Shown: positions 16,497 through 25,834 of the stretch, in pieces | How the letters are laid out: the number at the start of each line of letters is the position of its first letter | How positions within the stretch are numbered: position 1 is the first letter of the stretch | Origin: Flavobacteriales bacterium | GTDB taxonomy: Bacteria > Bacteroidota > Bacteroidia > Flavobacteriales_F > PHOS-HE28 | Direction: 5' to 3' | NCBI GenBank assembly: GCA_020635675.1 | Contig: JACJZJ010000002.1 | Location: forward strand, 541,750 to 605,749 | Length of the DNA stretch: 64,000 bases | Notes under the pieces: generated by a model | Told to the model about the DNA's origin: nothing | What the model saw: only the letters and a program-made list of their open reading frames with translations | Databases searched by the model: none | Translations under genes and position numbers: made by a program

Positions 16497-18269
16497 TCAC
16501 GGTGCTTCTGGACGGCCGGTCGATGCCTTTCGGTCGATCGCCCCGCTTGCGCCTCCAAGGTCCCGGGCTTTCTTCCATTGCTCCCATGCCCCGGACGGGT
16601 CTCCCAGGGCGTAAAGGATATCGCCATAGTGCTCCAAGATCACGCCTTCATTGGAACCGCCGTTCACGAGCGCCTTCTCGACCCAGGTCCTTGCCTCGGC
16701 GAATTCACCATTGCGGTAAAGGACCCAGGCATAGGTATCCTCGTAGGAGGGTTGGCCGGGAGAAAGCTCGTTGGAGAGCTTGCTCATCTCCTTTGCCTTT
16801 GCCAATCGTTCGCCGCGAACGCTCAAGTAGTAGGCATAGTTGTTCAGCGTGGTGGCATTCTTGGGGTCCAGCGCCAATGCATGCTCGAACGCATCATCGG
16901 AGCTGTTGTACTTCCCAGCCTCGTTGTAGGCATCCCCGAGGCTGCTCCAGAACTGCGCCAGCAAGGGGTCATTGTCGACCACCAGGTCACGGCCAGTGAC
17001 CAATGCCTCGATGGCCGCATCGTGTTCCTTCAGGCGCGACAACGCTAGCCCATGATAGAGATACAGCTCCGGGTTCGTCGGGAAGAGTTCGATCGCCTGA
17101 GCGGCGTCGTTCTTCAATCCTTCATCATCGTTCGCCTGTAGGTCCAGTTGCAACACCTGGGACCAGATGGGGTATTTGTCGTGGTCATGGACCAGTGCGG
17201 CGCGAAAGGCATCCCGGGCCTCCAGGTAGCGCCCGTCCCGCAGCAGGAAGTCTCCCTTCAGCGTAAGTGGTTTCCCGCTTTCCGGGTGAGCATTGATCAT
17301 GATGTCGACCAGTTCGTACGCTCGACCGAGCAATTGCTCCTGCTCGGCATTTCCGGCCCCCTGGCGATCGGTCATGTCAAAGAAGCCGAGCATGACCTGC
17401 ATCTTGGCATCCACATCAAGGTCGGGGTCGCCGAATGCAACGCCGAGTTCATCGAATGCTTCATCCAGTTGCCCCTGGCCATAATAGTGCTCGGCCAGGG
17501 AGATCCGTGTCATGCTATCGTCCGGGTCCTCTCGGAGCACGCGCTCATAGAGTTCCAAAGCCTCATCCGCTCGTCCGAGCTCGTCGTATAGCTCGGCCAA
17601 CATGCTGAGGTAGCTCAGGTTGTCCGGATCTTCCGCCAGGGCGTCCTTCAGAACGGCCCCCGCCTCTTCCAGTCGCCCGGCATTGGCCAGCATGCCGTAC
17701 TCCTGCAGCACCAGTTCTTCCGAGGCCCCCATTTGTTCCCGCAGGTCCTCGAACACCTTGCGTGCATCGTCGACCTTTCCGGCTTCGGCCAGCATGTGGG
17801 CCAGTTGCATTCGCACCTCGACCCGATCCGGCCACTGTTGAAGGACCTCGCGGTACACCTCGATGGCCTTTTCGGTCTGTCCCGCCTGTTCAAAGAGATC
17901 GGCCAGCAGGAACCGGTACCAGATGTTGTTCCGGTCCAGGTCCCTCGCCTTGCGCGCCAGCACGATGGCTTCCGCCGGGCGCTGCTGCAGGTGGTAGATC
18001 TTGGCCAGCTCGAACATGGCCGCATCATTGGTCGGGTCCACCTTCAAGCATTGTTCAAAGAGGGGAACGGCTTTGTCGAGATCCCCTTTGAGACGCGCCT
18101 GTGTCGCATCCATGAAAAGGGCCATGACCTGAACACGCCTGTCACTGGCGCTTTCCGTGCGAACCTCCGCGGAGCGGTCCGATGCCGCGCGCGGACCTGC
18201 GCACCCCGCCATGAGCAGGAATGCGAGCAGGAGTGAAGCGTTATATCCGTGTCGGGGCACCGAGGGCAC
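16497..18269 (-). CDS. Tetratricopeptide-repeat lipoprotein
   Basis: 590 aa with a GTG start. Lipobox LLLAFLLMAGC. TPR-like 34-aa periodicity recurs throughout (A..Y/F...G....A......AL..DP). Confidence 0.85.
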   Translation of the reverse strand: MPSVPRHGYNASLLLAFLLMAGCAGPRAASDRSAEVRTESASDRRVQVMALFMDATQARLKGDLDKAVPLFEQCLKVDPTNDAAMFELAKIYHLQQRPAEAIVLARKARDLDRNNIWYRFLLADLFEQAGQTEKAIEVYREVLQQWPDRVEVRMQLAHMLAEAGKVDDARKVFEDLREQMGASEELVLQEYGMLANAGRLEEAGAVLKDALAEDPDNLSYLSMLAELYDELGRADEALELYERVLREDPDDSMTRISLAEHYYGQGQLDEAFDELGVAFGDPDLDVDAKMQVMLGFFDMTDRQGAGNAEQEQLLGRAYELVDIMINAHPESGKPLTLKGDFLLRDGRYLEARDAFRAALVHDHDKYPIWSQVLQLDLQANDDEGLKNDAAQAIELFPTNPELYLYHGLALSRLKEHDAAIEALVTGRDLVVDNDPLLAQFWSSLGDAYNEAGKYNSSDDAFEHALALDPKNATTLNNYAYYLSVRGERLAKAKEMSKLSNELSPGQPSYEDTYAWVLYRNGEFAEARTWVEKALVNGGSNEGVILEHYGDILYALGDPSGAWEQWKKARDLGGASGAIDRKASTGRPEAP

Positions 18270-18274
18270 TTTGA

Positions 18275-19282
18275 TCAGCGGATCGTTGAGTGGTCTCCGA
18301 GGCTTAGGTCGGCTGGAGCCCCCGCGTACTCAACGCTTTCGCCTAGCATGCAGTTGTCCAGCACGGCGTCCTGTACACGCACCCCGGCGCGGAGGATCGA
18401 ACGGCGAACGACACTTCCGGCGATCCGACTTCCGCTTTCCACGCTGACGTGGGGCCCGACCACCGAATCGATTATGTCGACACCCTCGCCGACGAAACAG
18501 GGCGGTATGATGACGGCATTCGTTCGCTGCCCCTTGGTGCTGATAAGCGTCCGATCCCCTTCCAGGAATCCGAGCACCTTCGTATTCGTATCGACCATGG
18601 CGTTCTTGTTGCCGCAATCCATCCATACATCCACGGCACCCGCTTTGAAGCGCGCGCCTTTGCGCTTCATGTTCTCCATGGCGTTCGTCAATTGGTATTC
18701 ACCCTTGTCCTTGATCTCATTGTCGATCAGGTACTGCATCTCCTGACGGAGACGTTCACCGTCGGCGAAATAGTAGATGCCGATAATGGCCAGGTCGCTG
18801 ACGAATTCCTGAGGCTTCTCGACGAACTCGGTGATGAGGCCCTTGTCGTCGAGCTTCACCACGCCGAACGGGCGCGGGTCTTCCACCTTGTTCACCCAGA
18901 TCACCCCGTCGCAATCCTTATCCAACTTCAAGTCCGCTCGGAACAGGGTGTCGGCGAACGCCACGATGACCCTGCCACTAAGCGCTTTCTCAGCACAGAG
19001 GATCGCGTGTGCCGTTCCTAGCGCGATGTCCTGATAGTGGATCGACCCTTTCGCGCCGACCCCTTCGGCGATCCGGACCAACTGTTCCTCGACCCTGGTC
19101 CCGAATGCAGGGTTTACCACGTAGGCCACTTCTGCCACGGGTCCGCCGGCCACCGCGGCCAGGTCTTCCACAAGGCGTTGAACGATGGGTTTGCCCGCAA
19201 TAGGCAGCAACGGTTTGGCTGTCGTATGAGTGTGCGGACGCATCCGCTTGCCCATGCCAGCCATAGGAACAATGATCTTCAT
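18275..19282 (-). CDS. Sugar-phosphate nucleotidyltransferase with C-terminal left-handed beta-helix
   Basis: N-terminal MKIIVPMAGMGKRMRPHTHTTAKPLLPIAGKPIV is the NTP-transferase G-rich loop. The C-terminus has hexapeptide-like repeats. Confidence 0.85.
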   Translation of the reverse strand: MKIIVPMAGMGKRMRPHTHTTAKPLLPIAGKPIVQRLVEDLAAVAGGPVAEVAYVVNPAFGTRVEEQLVRIAEGVGAKGSIHYQDIALGTAHAILCAEKALSGRVIVAFADTLFRADLKLDKDCDGVIWVNKVEDPRPFGVVKLDDKGLITEFVEKPQEFVSDLAIIGIYYFADGERLRQEMQYLIDNEIKDKGEYQLTNAMENMKRKGARFKAGAVDVWMDCGNKNAMVDTNTKVLGFLEGDRTLISTKGQRTNAVIIPPCFVGEGVDIIDSVVGPHVSVESGSRIAGSVVRRSILRAGVRVQDAVLDNCMLGESVEYAGAPADLSLGDHSTIR

Positions 19283-19298
19283 GCCTGCCGATCCACTT

Positions 19299-19757
19299 TC
19301 AATGCGTGCCGGTGTGCCCGAAGCCCCCGGTCCCGCGTTCCGAGGCGCGAAGGTCCGGACTTTCCTCGAAAGATACCCTGATGTAGCGTGCCACCACCAG
19401 CTGGGCTACACGCTCACCATCGTTCACGGTGAAGGGCCGGTCGCCATGGTTGATCAGCAGTACGCCTACCTCCCCTCTGTAATCGGCGTCGATCGTCCCC
19501 GGGCTGTTGAGCACGGTGATGCCATGCTTGAAGGCCAAGCCACTGCGGGGCCGCACCTGGGCCTCGGTGCCCTCGGGCAGTTCCAGGAAGAGTCCGGTCG
19601 GTATCAACGCGCTCTTTCCTGGCGCCATGACGACGGGAGCGTCGAGGTTGGCGCGCAGATCGACACCGGCACTGTGCCCCGTGGCGTATTCCGGAAGGGG
19701 ATGTCGGCCCCGGTTGACGATCCGGACAACGGTCCTCCTGGCGATGAGGTTGGTCAT
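19299..19757 (-). CDS. dut: dUTP diphosphatase
   Basis: 152 aa, counted from the C-terminus of the 497-aa track ORF. Motifs [35 protein letters not shown] and [14 protein letters not shown] at 19757 verified; it overlaps the upstream stop (ATGA). Confidence 0.95.
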   Translation of the reverse strand: MTNLIARRTVVRIVNRGRHPLPEYATGHSAGVDLRANLDAPVVMAPGKSALIPTGLFLELPEGTEAQVRPRSGLAFKHGITVLNSPGTIDADYRGEVGVLLINHGDRPFTVNDGERVAQLVVARYIRVSFEESPDLRASERGTGGFGHTGTH

Positions 19758-21232
19758 GTGGACAAAGGTCGACGTGCGGACCGCTCCGTACGCCAGGCGA
19801 ACATCAGGTATCCGATCAGCACAAGGGCTCGAAGTCCATACCCAACGGCCCCTGACAGCCCGGCAACCTCGACCCCCCCCCACAACACCACCCCGCCGCC
19901 CATGTACAATAGGATACGCCCCAGGTCGTAGGGCACAGGCCAATACCTCTGCCCCAATGCGTAGCTGACGATGGCCATGCTGGCGTAGCAGATGAAGGTG
20001 GCCCAGGCGCTGCCCATGTAGCCGATGCGCGGGATCAGCCCGTAGTTGAGCACCAGCGTCACCACCGCGCCGAAGATGGCGATCCAGCCGCCCCAGCGCG
20101 TGCGGTCGGTCACCTTGTACCATACGCTCTGGTTGTAGTAAATGCCGAGGAATACGTTGGCCAGCAGCAGTATCGGCACCACCTTCAGGCCGGGCCAGAA
20201 CGCCGGATTGCGGATCAGGTGCTTGAACACGTCCAGGAAGAGCATCACCAGCAGGAAGGCGCTCATGCACACGGCCACGAAAACGTTCATGATCCGTGCG
20301 AAGGTCCGCGTGCTGTTCGGCTCCCTGGCATGGCTGAAGAAGAAGGGTTCGGCGCCCATGCGGAAGGCCTGGATGAAGAGGGTGATCAGGATGGCCAGCT
20401 TGTAGCATGCTCCGTAGATACCGATCTGCGCGTCGGCGGTATCGGCGGGAAGCAGGTGCTTCAGCAGGAGCCGGTCCGCGGTCTCGTTCACCATGCCGGC
20501 GAGGCCTGCGACGAGCAGCGGCGCGCCGAACAGCAGCATCGATCCGAGCAACTTGCGGTCGATGCCCAGGCGCCACTTGGGAAAGGAGGGCAGGAGCAGC
20601 AGCAACTTGAAGGAGCTGCTCACCAGATTGATCAGGAAGACGTAGCCCACGCCGAGGCTTGGGTCGTACACCGCCTCGATCAGCGCATTGGTCCGGCCCT
20701 GGGCCACGTGGCGCATGCAGTAGCCGATGTAGAAGACGTTCAGCACGACGTTCACCACGACGCTGGCCACGTTTATCGCGGCGAACTTCCACGGCCTGTT
20801 CTGGCTGCGCAGCCGGGCCATGGGCAGGGTGGTCACCGCATCGATGCTGATGATGCCCACCAACATCAACACGGAGAACCCGTGCAACGGATAACCGATG
20901 CCATCAGCGAGGTGGCCGGCGAACGAACCACCGAGCAGCATGAACAACGCGGAGGTGATCACCAGCGTGAAGGTGGCCGTGGCATACGTACGGTCGGCCT
21001 TGTCGGAATGCTTGTTGGTGAAGCGGAAGAAGGTGGTCTCCATGCCGTAGGTGAGCACCACGTTCAGGAAGGCCGTCCAGGCATAGAGCGCGGTGATCAC
21101 GCCATAGTCCGCTGGACCGAAGGCGAACTGGGCCGTGTAGAGCGGCAGCAGCAGGTAGTTCAGGAAGCGCGCGACGATGCTGCTGACCCCGTAGATGGCC
21201 GTTTGGCCGGCGAGTTTGCGGAGGACGCTCAA
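19754..21232 (-). CDS. Polysaccharide biosynthesis / oligosaccharide flippase (Wzx/MOP superfamily)
   Basis: Multi-TM protein. The N-terminus after the TTG at 21232 reads (M)[32 protein letters not shown], typical of this family. The track's ATG at 21370 would overlap the upstream crotonase gene by 128 nt. Confidence 0.8.
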   Translation of the reverse strand: MSVLRKLAGQTAIYGVSSIVARFLNYLLLPLYTAQFAFGPADYGVITALYAWTAFLNVVLTYGMETTFFRFTNKHSDKADRTYATATFTLVITSALFMLLGGSFAGHLADGIGYPLHGFSVLMLVGIISIDAVTTLPMARLRSQNRPWKFAAINVASVVVNVVLNVFYIGYCMRHVAQGRTNALIEAVYDPSLGVGYVFLINLVSSSFKLLLLLPSFPKWRLGIDRKLLGSMLLFGAPLLVAGLAGMVNETADRLLLKHLLPADTADAQIGIYGACYKLAILITLFIQAFRMGAEPFFFSHAREPNSTRTFARIMNVFVAVCMSAFLLVMLFLDVFKHLIRNPAFWPGLKVVPILLLANVFLGIYYNQSVWYKVTDRTRWGGWIAIFGAVVTLVLNYGLIPRIGYMGSAWATFICYASMAIVSYALGQRYWPVPYDLGRILLYMGGGVVLWGGVEVAGLSGAVGYGLRALVLIGYLMFAWRTERSARRPLST

Positions 21233-21242
21233 GCGGTTCTGT

Positions 21243-22025
21243 TCATTCCCCCTTGAACTCCGCCTTGCGTTTCTCCAGGAACGCGCGCGTTCCCTCGTTG
21301 AAGTCGGCGGTGCCGAAGAGCTTCCCGAACTCCTCGATCTCCCGCTGCAGACCGTTGGTGCCCGGGTCATATCCGGCGTTCACGGCGCGGATGGCGGCGG
21401 CCAGGGCGGTGGGGCTGTTCTTCATGATCGCGGCGGCCAGTTCGGTGCACTTCGCCGACATCTGGTCCTGCGCTACAACGTGGTTCACGAGCCCCCATTG
21501 CAGAGCCTCCTCGGCCTTGATCATGCCGGCGGTGAAGATCATCTCCATGGCCTTGCCCCTGCCCACGAGTCGGGCCAGGCGCTGCGTTCCGCCATAGCCC
21601 GGGATCAAGCCCAGGCTCACCTCGGGCAGGCCGAGCCGGGCATTGTCGCTGGCCACGCGGATATGGCAGCTCATTGCCAGCTCCAGTCCACCCCCCAGCG
21701 CGAAGCCGTTCACCGCGGCGATCACCGGCTTGCCCATGTGCTCCACGTGGTCGAAGAGCTTTCGGTGGCCGTCGGCGCTCAGGGCCTTGCCTTCCTCCAC
21801 GCTGAAGTGCGCGAACTCCTTGATGTCCGCGCCGGCCACGAAGGCTTTCGGCCCGCTGCCGGTGATGATCAGGACGCGTACGTTCCTGTCCGCATCAGCA
21901 TCCAGCAAGGCCTTGTCCAGTTCGTCGATCGTATCCCGGTCCAACGCGTTGAGCTGGTCCGGCCGGTTGATGGTAACCGTGCGGATGGCGCCCGTGTCGG
22001 CGACCAGGAGGTTCTGATAGGACAT
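21243..22025 (-). CDS. Enoyl-CoA hydratase/isomerase (crotonase family)
   Basis: TINRPDQLNALD..LIITGSGPKAFVAGADIKEF..AAVNGFALGGGLELAMSCHIRVAS are crotonase hallmarks. Confidence 0.9.
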   Translation of the reverse strand: MSYQNLLVADTGAIRTVTINRPDQLNALDRDTIDELDKALLDADADRNVRVLIITGSGPKAFVAGADIKEFAHFSVEEGKALSADGHRKLFDHVEHMGKPVIAAVNGFALGGGLELAMSCHIRVASDNARLGLPEVSLGLIPGYGGTQRLARLVGRGKAMEMIFTAGMIKAEEALQWGLVNHVVAQDQMSAKCTELAAAIMKNSPTALAAAIRAVNAGYDPGTNGLQREIEEFGKLFGTADFNEGTRAFLEKRKAEFKGE

Positions 22026-22076
22026 CTTGTTCTTCGATCAAGGCCTCCGAGGGTGGAGCCATGGCAAAAGTACCGG

Positions 22077-25000
22077 CTATATGGACAAGGGAAGGGCTAC
22101 GAAGAAACGCGTGCCTTGGCCGGGGTGCGTTTCGAACCATACCCGCCCACCCGCGTTCTCGACCAGGCGCTTCACCATCGCCAGCCCCAGGCCCATGCCC
22201 GTGCTGCGCGTGGTGAAACTGGGTTCGAACACCCTGGCCTGCAGTTCCGGTGGGATACCGCTGCCGTTGTCGATCACTTCGGCGATCGCCTCGTTCGCTT
22301 CTTTCCGGATGTGGACAATGACCTCCGGTTCTCGGCCTCCGGACATGGCCTGCAGGGCGTTCTTGATCAGATTGTTGAATACGCGCAAAAGGTGGTCGCG
22401 GTCCGCGCTGATGAACACAGCCTCCGGGGCAACCAGGGTGAGTCTGGCATCAGGCTGGCCGGCGTAAAGTGACAGCGCCGCGTGCGCCACCTCGCACAGA
22501 TCGAGCCGTGCCTCATGGGCCGGTGGCATTTGCGCGAAATTGGAGAACTCGCCGGCGATACTGCTCAACAGGTCGATCTGTTGCACCAGTCCGTCCCCGA
22601 AACGGACCAATCTTTCCTGCGCATCGGACAGGTCGGGCCTCCAGGTGCGTTGGAAATGCTGGATGCTGAGTTTCATGGGCGTCAGCGGGTTCTTGATCTC
22701 GTGGGCCACCTGGCGCGCCATTTCGCGCCAGGCACTTTCCCGCTCGCTGCGTGCGAGCTTGTCGGCACTGGCGCGCAACTCCTCCACCTTGCGATTGTAC
22801 ACTTCCACCAGCTGTCCCACTTCATCCTGACCGCGGTATCGGATAGGGACGTTCGCGCCCGTGAGCGCTACACGCGCGAGACTGCGCTTCAGTAGGTCCA
22901 GCGGGCCGGTGGTCCAGTTGGAGATGATCACCGCGACGATCACGCTCAAGGCAAAGAGCAGTACGAAAAGGTTCACCACCGCGACGAGCACATCGGCACG
23001 CTCGCTTTCCTGTTGTGCCTGGTCTGCAAAGCTGGGAAGTGCCAGGTACCCCATCAGGTTGCCATCGTGGTCGCGCAGCGGCATGTAGGCAGCGCGATGC
23101 AAAGCGGTGCCGATCGATTCCTGTTGCACGTAGGCGCTCGCGGCGTTCATGGACAGGGCCACAAAGGCACGTGGGTCCATGCGTCTACCGATCAGTCCCA
23201 CATCGAAGAGCTGTGGGCGAGAGGAAGAGAGGAGCCGACCATCCTTTCTGAAAACGTGGATATCCGAAAAGAAGATGTTGCTCAATCGGCCCAGGACATG
23301 GTCCAAGTAGGGGTTCGTTTCACCTCCCAGCTCTCCCAGACCTTCCAGTGTTCGTTGCAGATCAGCGTGCACGGATCGGATCCGGTCCAGTAACTCTTCG
23401 GTGCTCCTGTCATTGTTGGACCGAGACAACAGCCGTTGCGCCCCCGATCCGAAGAACAGCAGGCCGATCGCACTAAAGGAGACCAGCGCGAGCCGGACCT
23501 TGGCACTGATGGTGAGGGGTGGTGGTCCCCGCTTTCGCAGTAGGGCCGCCATGAGCGTGCCGATGGCGAGCACGATACTGAAGAACGTAAAGAGGTAGCT
23601 GAACGTGGTCGCACGGTCTTTCCAGCCCGGTCGTGGCACGGCCAGGACCAATAGCGGTCCGTGAAGGTCGCCGTAGGACAGCAGCCGTGTTCGGGTTGGC
23701 CGTCTTGCTGTCATCTTCCCGTCCCAATGGACCGGGAACAGGGTGTGGCCGTGTTGCTCCACAAGTATGCCATCTTCATACCGGGCACGATCGTACCGAT
23801 CAAGCCGGCCAGAGAGCGGATCCTGGCCAGAGAGCAGGAGCTCGGGGAACCCCAGTCCCTCAGGCACCAAGCGCGGATGCAATTCAACGACCAGCTGGGC
23901 CGGAGGTGCTGTGTCATTGGCCATGACCGCCAATCGTGCGTGATAGAAGGTGCGCAGGCCGGCTCCCTTTTCGATCTGTAGGTCCGGCATATCGGCAGGG
24001 GGGAGCGCGAATCCGGGGCTCATTGGCCCCGTGGTGGTATGCGGCGGTTCGGGGTCCGTGGCACAATGCAGCAGACCGTCCGTTCCATAGGCATAGAGCC
24101 GGACGTCATAGCGTTCCCAGTATCCGGTGAAGTGCTCCTGGCGCACCACACGATCAAGATCGGCGGCCGTGCATGTGGCCGTGTCCGCTAGCAACGCATA
24201 TAGGCCTGCATCATGGCGTAGTGCCGGGGACACTTCGCGAAAAAGCAGTTCGACCACAGGGTCTTCCTGGGTCAGGAGCCGCTCGGCCACGACCTGCCTT
24301 TCCCGATCCTCCCTGTCGCGGATGGAGGTGGTGAGGATGTGCGCCGTGATGGCGCCGAGCACGGTGACCATCAGGACCGCCTGCCAAAGCCCATATCGCT
24401 GACTACCATGAAGCCGGGCAAGGATGATCAATGGGATGGGCCAAAGCACGAGTGCGATATCCGAACGTCCGAGCATGAAGTGGAGAATGACCGATATGCC
24501 AGCAACGAGCAGCAGGGTCGTGATCCATTGACGCCGATCGCGAGCCGCCCCGATCGCCCTTGCCCATGCATCGGCCAGAAACCCCCAGGACGCGAGCAGC
24601 AAGGAGATACAAATGAGCGCCAACAGACTGTAACGGTCGAAGCTTTGGATATGGTAAAGGTCCAGCTCTATGCGGCCGTCCACGACAAGGCTCTTGATCA
24701 TGGCGTTGATCCAGGCTGCGAGCGCCAGAAGGGCGGCGGGGCCCATGAGCGACCAGAACGTTCTTCCCGAAGGGCCCCGGACGGAGACCCCCGAACATGC
24801 ATGATGCACAAGGCGAGCAAATAGAGCGAAGAGCAGAACATTGATGAACAGATCGCCCAAGGAAGGTGACCAGGCGCTCGTGGCGAACAACCCGGGGTCG
24901 AAAAGGGACCATCGCCCCTGGTCGGGCAGGAAGCCGAAGACAAGCGTGGGCCACCGTGCGAGCAGGACGACCCCGGCGAAAGCCAGCAAGCCGGTGGCCC

Positions 25001-25697
25001 GTCCCCCATGGATGAAAAGGGCCTGCGCCATACGCCAGGCGCTGAACACGACCAGCGCGGATCCGAGGAGCGCGAAGAGGATGCGCAGCATGCCGCTACC
25101 ATCAAGACCGGACGGGGGATCCGCCATGCTTGTCCGGCAGATCACCTGACCGTGCATATCGCGTAGCACCGGACCGATCCCGGGTCCGAAACGTGCCATC
25201 AGGTCCGCTGGTACATGAAGGCTGGGGTGTGGATGCGCTCGGAGATACCTGTTCTCGATAGGAGGCAAGGACCAAACCTGCCGGAACCCGTGGATGAGAT
25301 AAGGGCCACGCCGTGCGAACGCGTGGAGATATGATCCATCGCGCAGGTTCACATGACGTGTCGTATCGTTGATCAGGCCGGTCTCGCTAACGGGTGCGCG
25401 TCCGGTCCATATCTCCAGGCGGCCGTCCTTGAAGACCAGCAGCTCGACCCCCAAGCGGTCCCAAAGGTCCTCGGATGCGGGCAGGAGCAGGGTCCAGAGA
25501 CTGTCGGAGCTCTTCCCTTGAACGGAATTGGCGAGATGAACGACGCGTTGTTCGAGATCAGCACCGGCGTTGTCCAGTCGATGTTGGAGCTGCTCGGTGG
25601 CCTGGAGGGTCCAGGCGTCGGTATCCAGGTCCGGCATCGACCAGGCCAATAAACCCGCCGCGATGCCGGTGAGCAGGAGGATCAGCGCGCTGCGCAT
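22077..25697 (-). CDS. Large multi-pass sensor histidine kinase (about 12 TM segments, HAMP, HisKA, HATPase_c)
   Basis: 1206 aa. H-box HEIKNPLTPMKLSIQHFQ is NtrY-like. HAMP-like ISNWTTGPLDLLKRSL..GQDEVGQLVEVYNRKVEEL. G-boxes DNGSGIP and GMGLGLAMV. TM segments were judged by eye. There is no adjacent response regulator. Confidence 0.9.
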   Translation of the reverse strand: MRSALILLLTGIAAGLLAWSMPDLDTDAWTLQATEQLQHRLDNAGADLEQRVVHLANSVQGKSSDSLWTLLLPASEDLWDRLGVELLVFKDGRLEIWTGRAPVSETGLINDTTRHVNLRDGSYLHAFARRGPYLIHGFRQVWSLPPIENRYLRAHPHPSLHVPADLMARFGPGIGPVLRDMHGQVICRTSMADPPSGLDGSGMLRILFALLGSALVVFSAWRMAQALFIHGGRATGLLAFAGVVLLARWPTLVFGFLPDQGRWSLFDPGLFATSAWSPSLGDLFINVLLFALFARLVHHACSGVSVRGPSGRTFWSLMGPAALLALAAWINAMIKSLVVDGRIELDLYHIQSFDRYSLLALICISLLLASWGFLADAWARAIGAARDRRQWITTLLLVAGISVILHFMLGRSDIALVLWPIPLIILARLHGSQRYGLWQAVLMVTVLGAITAHILTTSIRDREDRERQVVAERLLTQEDPVVELLFREVSPALRHDAGLYALLADTATCTAADLDRVVRQEHFTGYWERYDVRLYAYGTDGLLHCATDPEPPHTTTGPMSPGFALPPADMPDLQIEKGAGLRTFYHARLAVMANDTAPPAQLVVELHPRLVPEGLGFPELLLSGQDPLSGRLDRYDRARYEDGILVEQHGHTLFPVHWDGKMTARRPTRTRLLSYGDLHGPLLVLAVPRPGWKDRATTFSYLFTFFSIVLAIGTLMAALLRKRGPPPLTISAKVRLALVSFSAIGLLFFGSGAQRLLSRSNNDRSTEELLDRIRSVHADLQRTLEGLGELGGETNPYLDHVLGRLSNIFFSDIHVFRKDGRLLSSSRPQLFDVGLIGRRMDPRAFVALSMNAASAYVQQESIGTALHRAAYMPLRDHDGNLMGYLALPSFADQAQQESERADVLVAVVNLFVLLFALSVIVAVIISNWTTGPLDLLKRSLARVALTGANVPIRYRGQDEVGQLVEVYNRKVEELRASADKLARSERESAWREMARQVAHEIKNPLTPMKLSIQHFQRTWRPDLSDAQERLVRFGDGLVQQIDLLSSIAGEFSNFAQMPPAHEARLDLCEVAHAALSLYAGQPDARLTLVAPEAVFISADRDHLLRVFNNLIKNALQAMSGGREPEVIVHIRKEANEAIAEVIDNGSGIPPELQARVFEPSFTTRSTGMGLGLAMVKRLVENAGGRVWFETHPGQGTRFFVALPLSI

Positions 25698-25834
25698 GGG
25701 GAACAGGCCAGCAAGGCCCGCGCCAAAATAACCGAGATGTAGGGGATGGCCCCGTCACCAAACCCTTAAGGCCGAACGACGTAGAAGGGGACCGGGTTTC
25801 GACCTCTTGGACGGCCCCACTGACCTTGAACGAC

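Noticed and set aside
19299-20792. A 497-aa ORF fusing dut to a long N-terminal extension. Also plus-strand ORFs 20219..21256 and 21195..22472.
   Set aside because: Only the last 152 aa are dUTPase, and they have their own verified ATG at 19757. The extension lies out of frame over the flippase gene. The plus-strand ORFs are antisense to the flippase, crotonase and kinase genes.
25764-25771. An 8-bp palindrome CCTTAAGG in the kinase/adhesin divergent intergenic region, as a possible operator.
   Set aside because: It is a single short palindrome with no second half-site or repeat. Sequences of this length occur by chance, and I could not find convincing -7 or -33 boxes there either.
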